A stretch of DNA of 53,806 nucleotides, counting the filler, from Dimargaris cristalligena (taxonomy: Eukaryota), in assembly GCA_003614675.1 (NCBI GenBank). It is 4 parts of 4 records of this genome, joined end to end, with 100 filler letters (N's around TTAATTAATTAA, not from the genome) between each part and the next. Parts side by side here need not be neighbours in the genome. Positions count along the whole stretch, not along the records: positions 40,484 to 53,806 come from ML002994.1; 3 more parts are not named here. One strand, 5' to 3'. The translations under genes and the position numbers were made by a program. Positions 52,563-53,806 of this stretch are shown piece by piece. Each line of letters starts with the position of its first letter. Position 1 is the first letter of the stretch. Under the pieces are notes generated by a model. It saw only the letters and a program-made list of their open reading frames with translations. It was not told the DNA's origin and did no database searches.

Positions 52563-53806
52563 AGAGGATGGGATGGGTAGAGCCAAGGATGGAAAAAAAA
52601 CGGGGGCGAATGCGGTTTGGGACTGGGCTTCGAAAGAGACAGTAGGGCAGGCTATATTTTACAAAAGGACTATATAATTGAATATATTATATAAGTTGGA
52701 ATATAGAAATAATAACAGACATTAAGCCTGAGGCAATCACATCAATATACAAAGACAACAGCTTGTGACCCATTAGGTGTGGGGTATGCAACTGTATTGC
52801 TACGAAGCGTAGGATTAGAGGAAGTCAAAATTTTTATCGATTTTACCGCGCTTTCATCATTCCCTAAATCATACATATTACGGTGAAACTGGTGTTGCTA
52901 TCGGTCCCACCAGGCGAGTCAATCGTTATGACTGAAATTATGAGTGAAGAGAACTCCGCCAACAGCGGGATGGGAAGTAAAGGCAGAGCGCAGCCAATAC
53001 CGGAGAACTCGTCACTGGCGACCACATAGACGTCGATGAAACCGTTCGGCATTAGCCTTGCTGTTGGGGCATTTAAACCTGTCAATTTTGCTCCTACGTT
53101 TGAGGAGAGTGTGAATAGATGCGCGGTTTCTGTGCAACTTCGAACACCAGCTCGTTTATAAAAATACACAATTAACGACTTGTTGTCATAAAACCGTTAG
53201 GTATCTTGTTCGAAAAAGGTACCATATTGGTGAAGATGTTAGTAGCGACGGCTCTCTGTGTGCGATCTGGTTTTTCTTGTAGGACTATTTTGGAGATTAT
53301 ATTATTATAATTTGTTTTCGAAATACGCCCTGATCTCGCTCCCTAATGGACCGGTTGCTTGGGATAGGCTCTCTGTCACGGTTCGGCAATCATCAAACTA
53401 GCTGGACCGCACTGAGCCCTTCTGAACTACCAGGCCGTGTCATTACATATATGTCCCTATATTTCACTGCTACCTCTTCAACCTCCTCATTGTCAACTTG
53501 ATGGTGCAGAGCTGTATTGTGCAGAGTGGGAAAAGGTTTTTGGGGGCCACCAGTGCTACCTTTGACATAATCCAGAGACGTCCACCAGAATGGAAGTCCG
53601 AGGTTAGAAATTACCAACTGTCGGTAGTTTATATAACATATAATCATTTCTCTCGCGATTGCCAGCTATTATGGTACAGCTTCTCTTTGATCTAGCAATT
53701 TACCGCTAGAGTATTTGTCTAAATGACAAGTACTGTCGGGCTTAATAATCTATAGGATTAAAGCCGACTAACTATGAAGGACTAGGCACCATCATCGCCT
53801 AGTTCT

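Noticed and set aside
52860-53806. Short ORFs at the window end
   Set aside because: No recognisable domain or consistent exon chain could be built.

Overview
Eukaryotic, intron-rich nuclear DNA (GT-AG introns, CTAAC/CTAAT branch points). The gene content suggests an early-diverging fungus; this is inference and the taxon was not determined. The window is four contigs joined by artificial 100-bp spacers (N44-TTAATTAATTAA-N44), so adjacency across spacers is not evidence of linkage. I can support 17 protein genes: DDT-WHIM chromatin factor, GT25, mitochondrial RRM-like protein, trehalose phosphorylase/synthase, NARG2/ICE2-like, GGT, PHD protein, a hypothetical protein, TSR1 (partial), MARCH5-like ligase, DHA1 MFS, MGMT, ENT3-like epsin, RABL6-like, ACADSB-like, a secreted protein and PCH2. 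RNA genes are 3 tRNAs, a truncated tRNA copy and a 5S rRNA 3' half; there is also a possible solo LTR. The most striking structure is not resolved in the ORF track: a six-exon MGMT gene whose catalytic Cys codon (PCHRV) is split by an intron carrying a complete antisense tRNA-Phe(GAA) gene. That tRNA plus its trailer reappears inverted about 4.2 kb away at a contig end. Two contig ends look like amplification or assembly chimeras. All protein assignments rest on motif recognition by eye; no searches were run.
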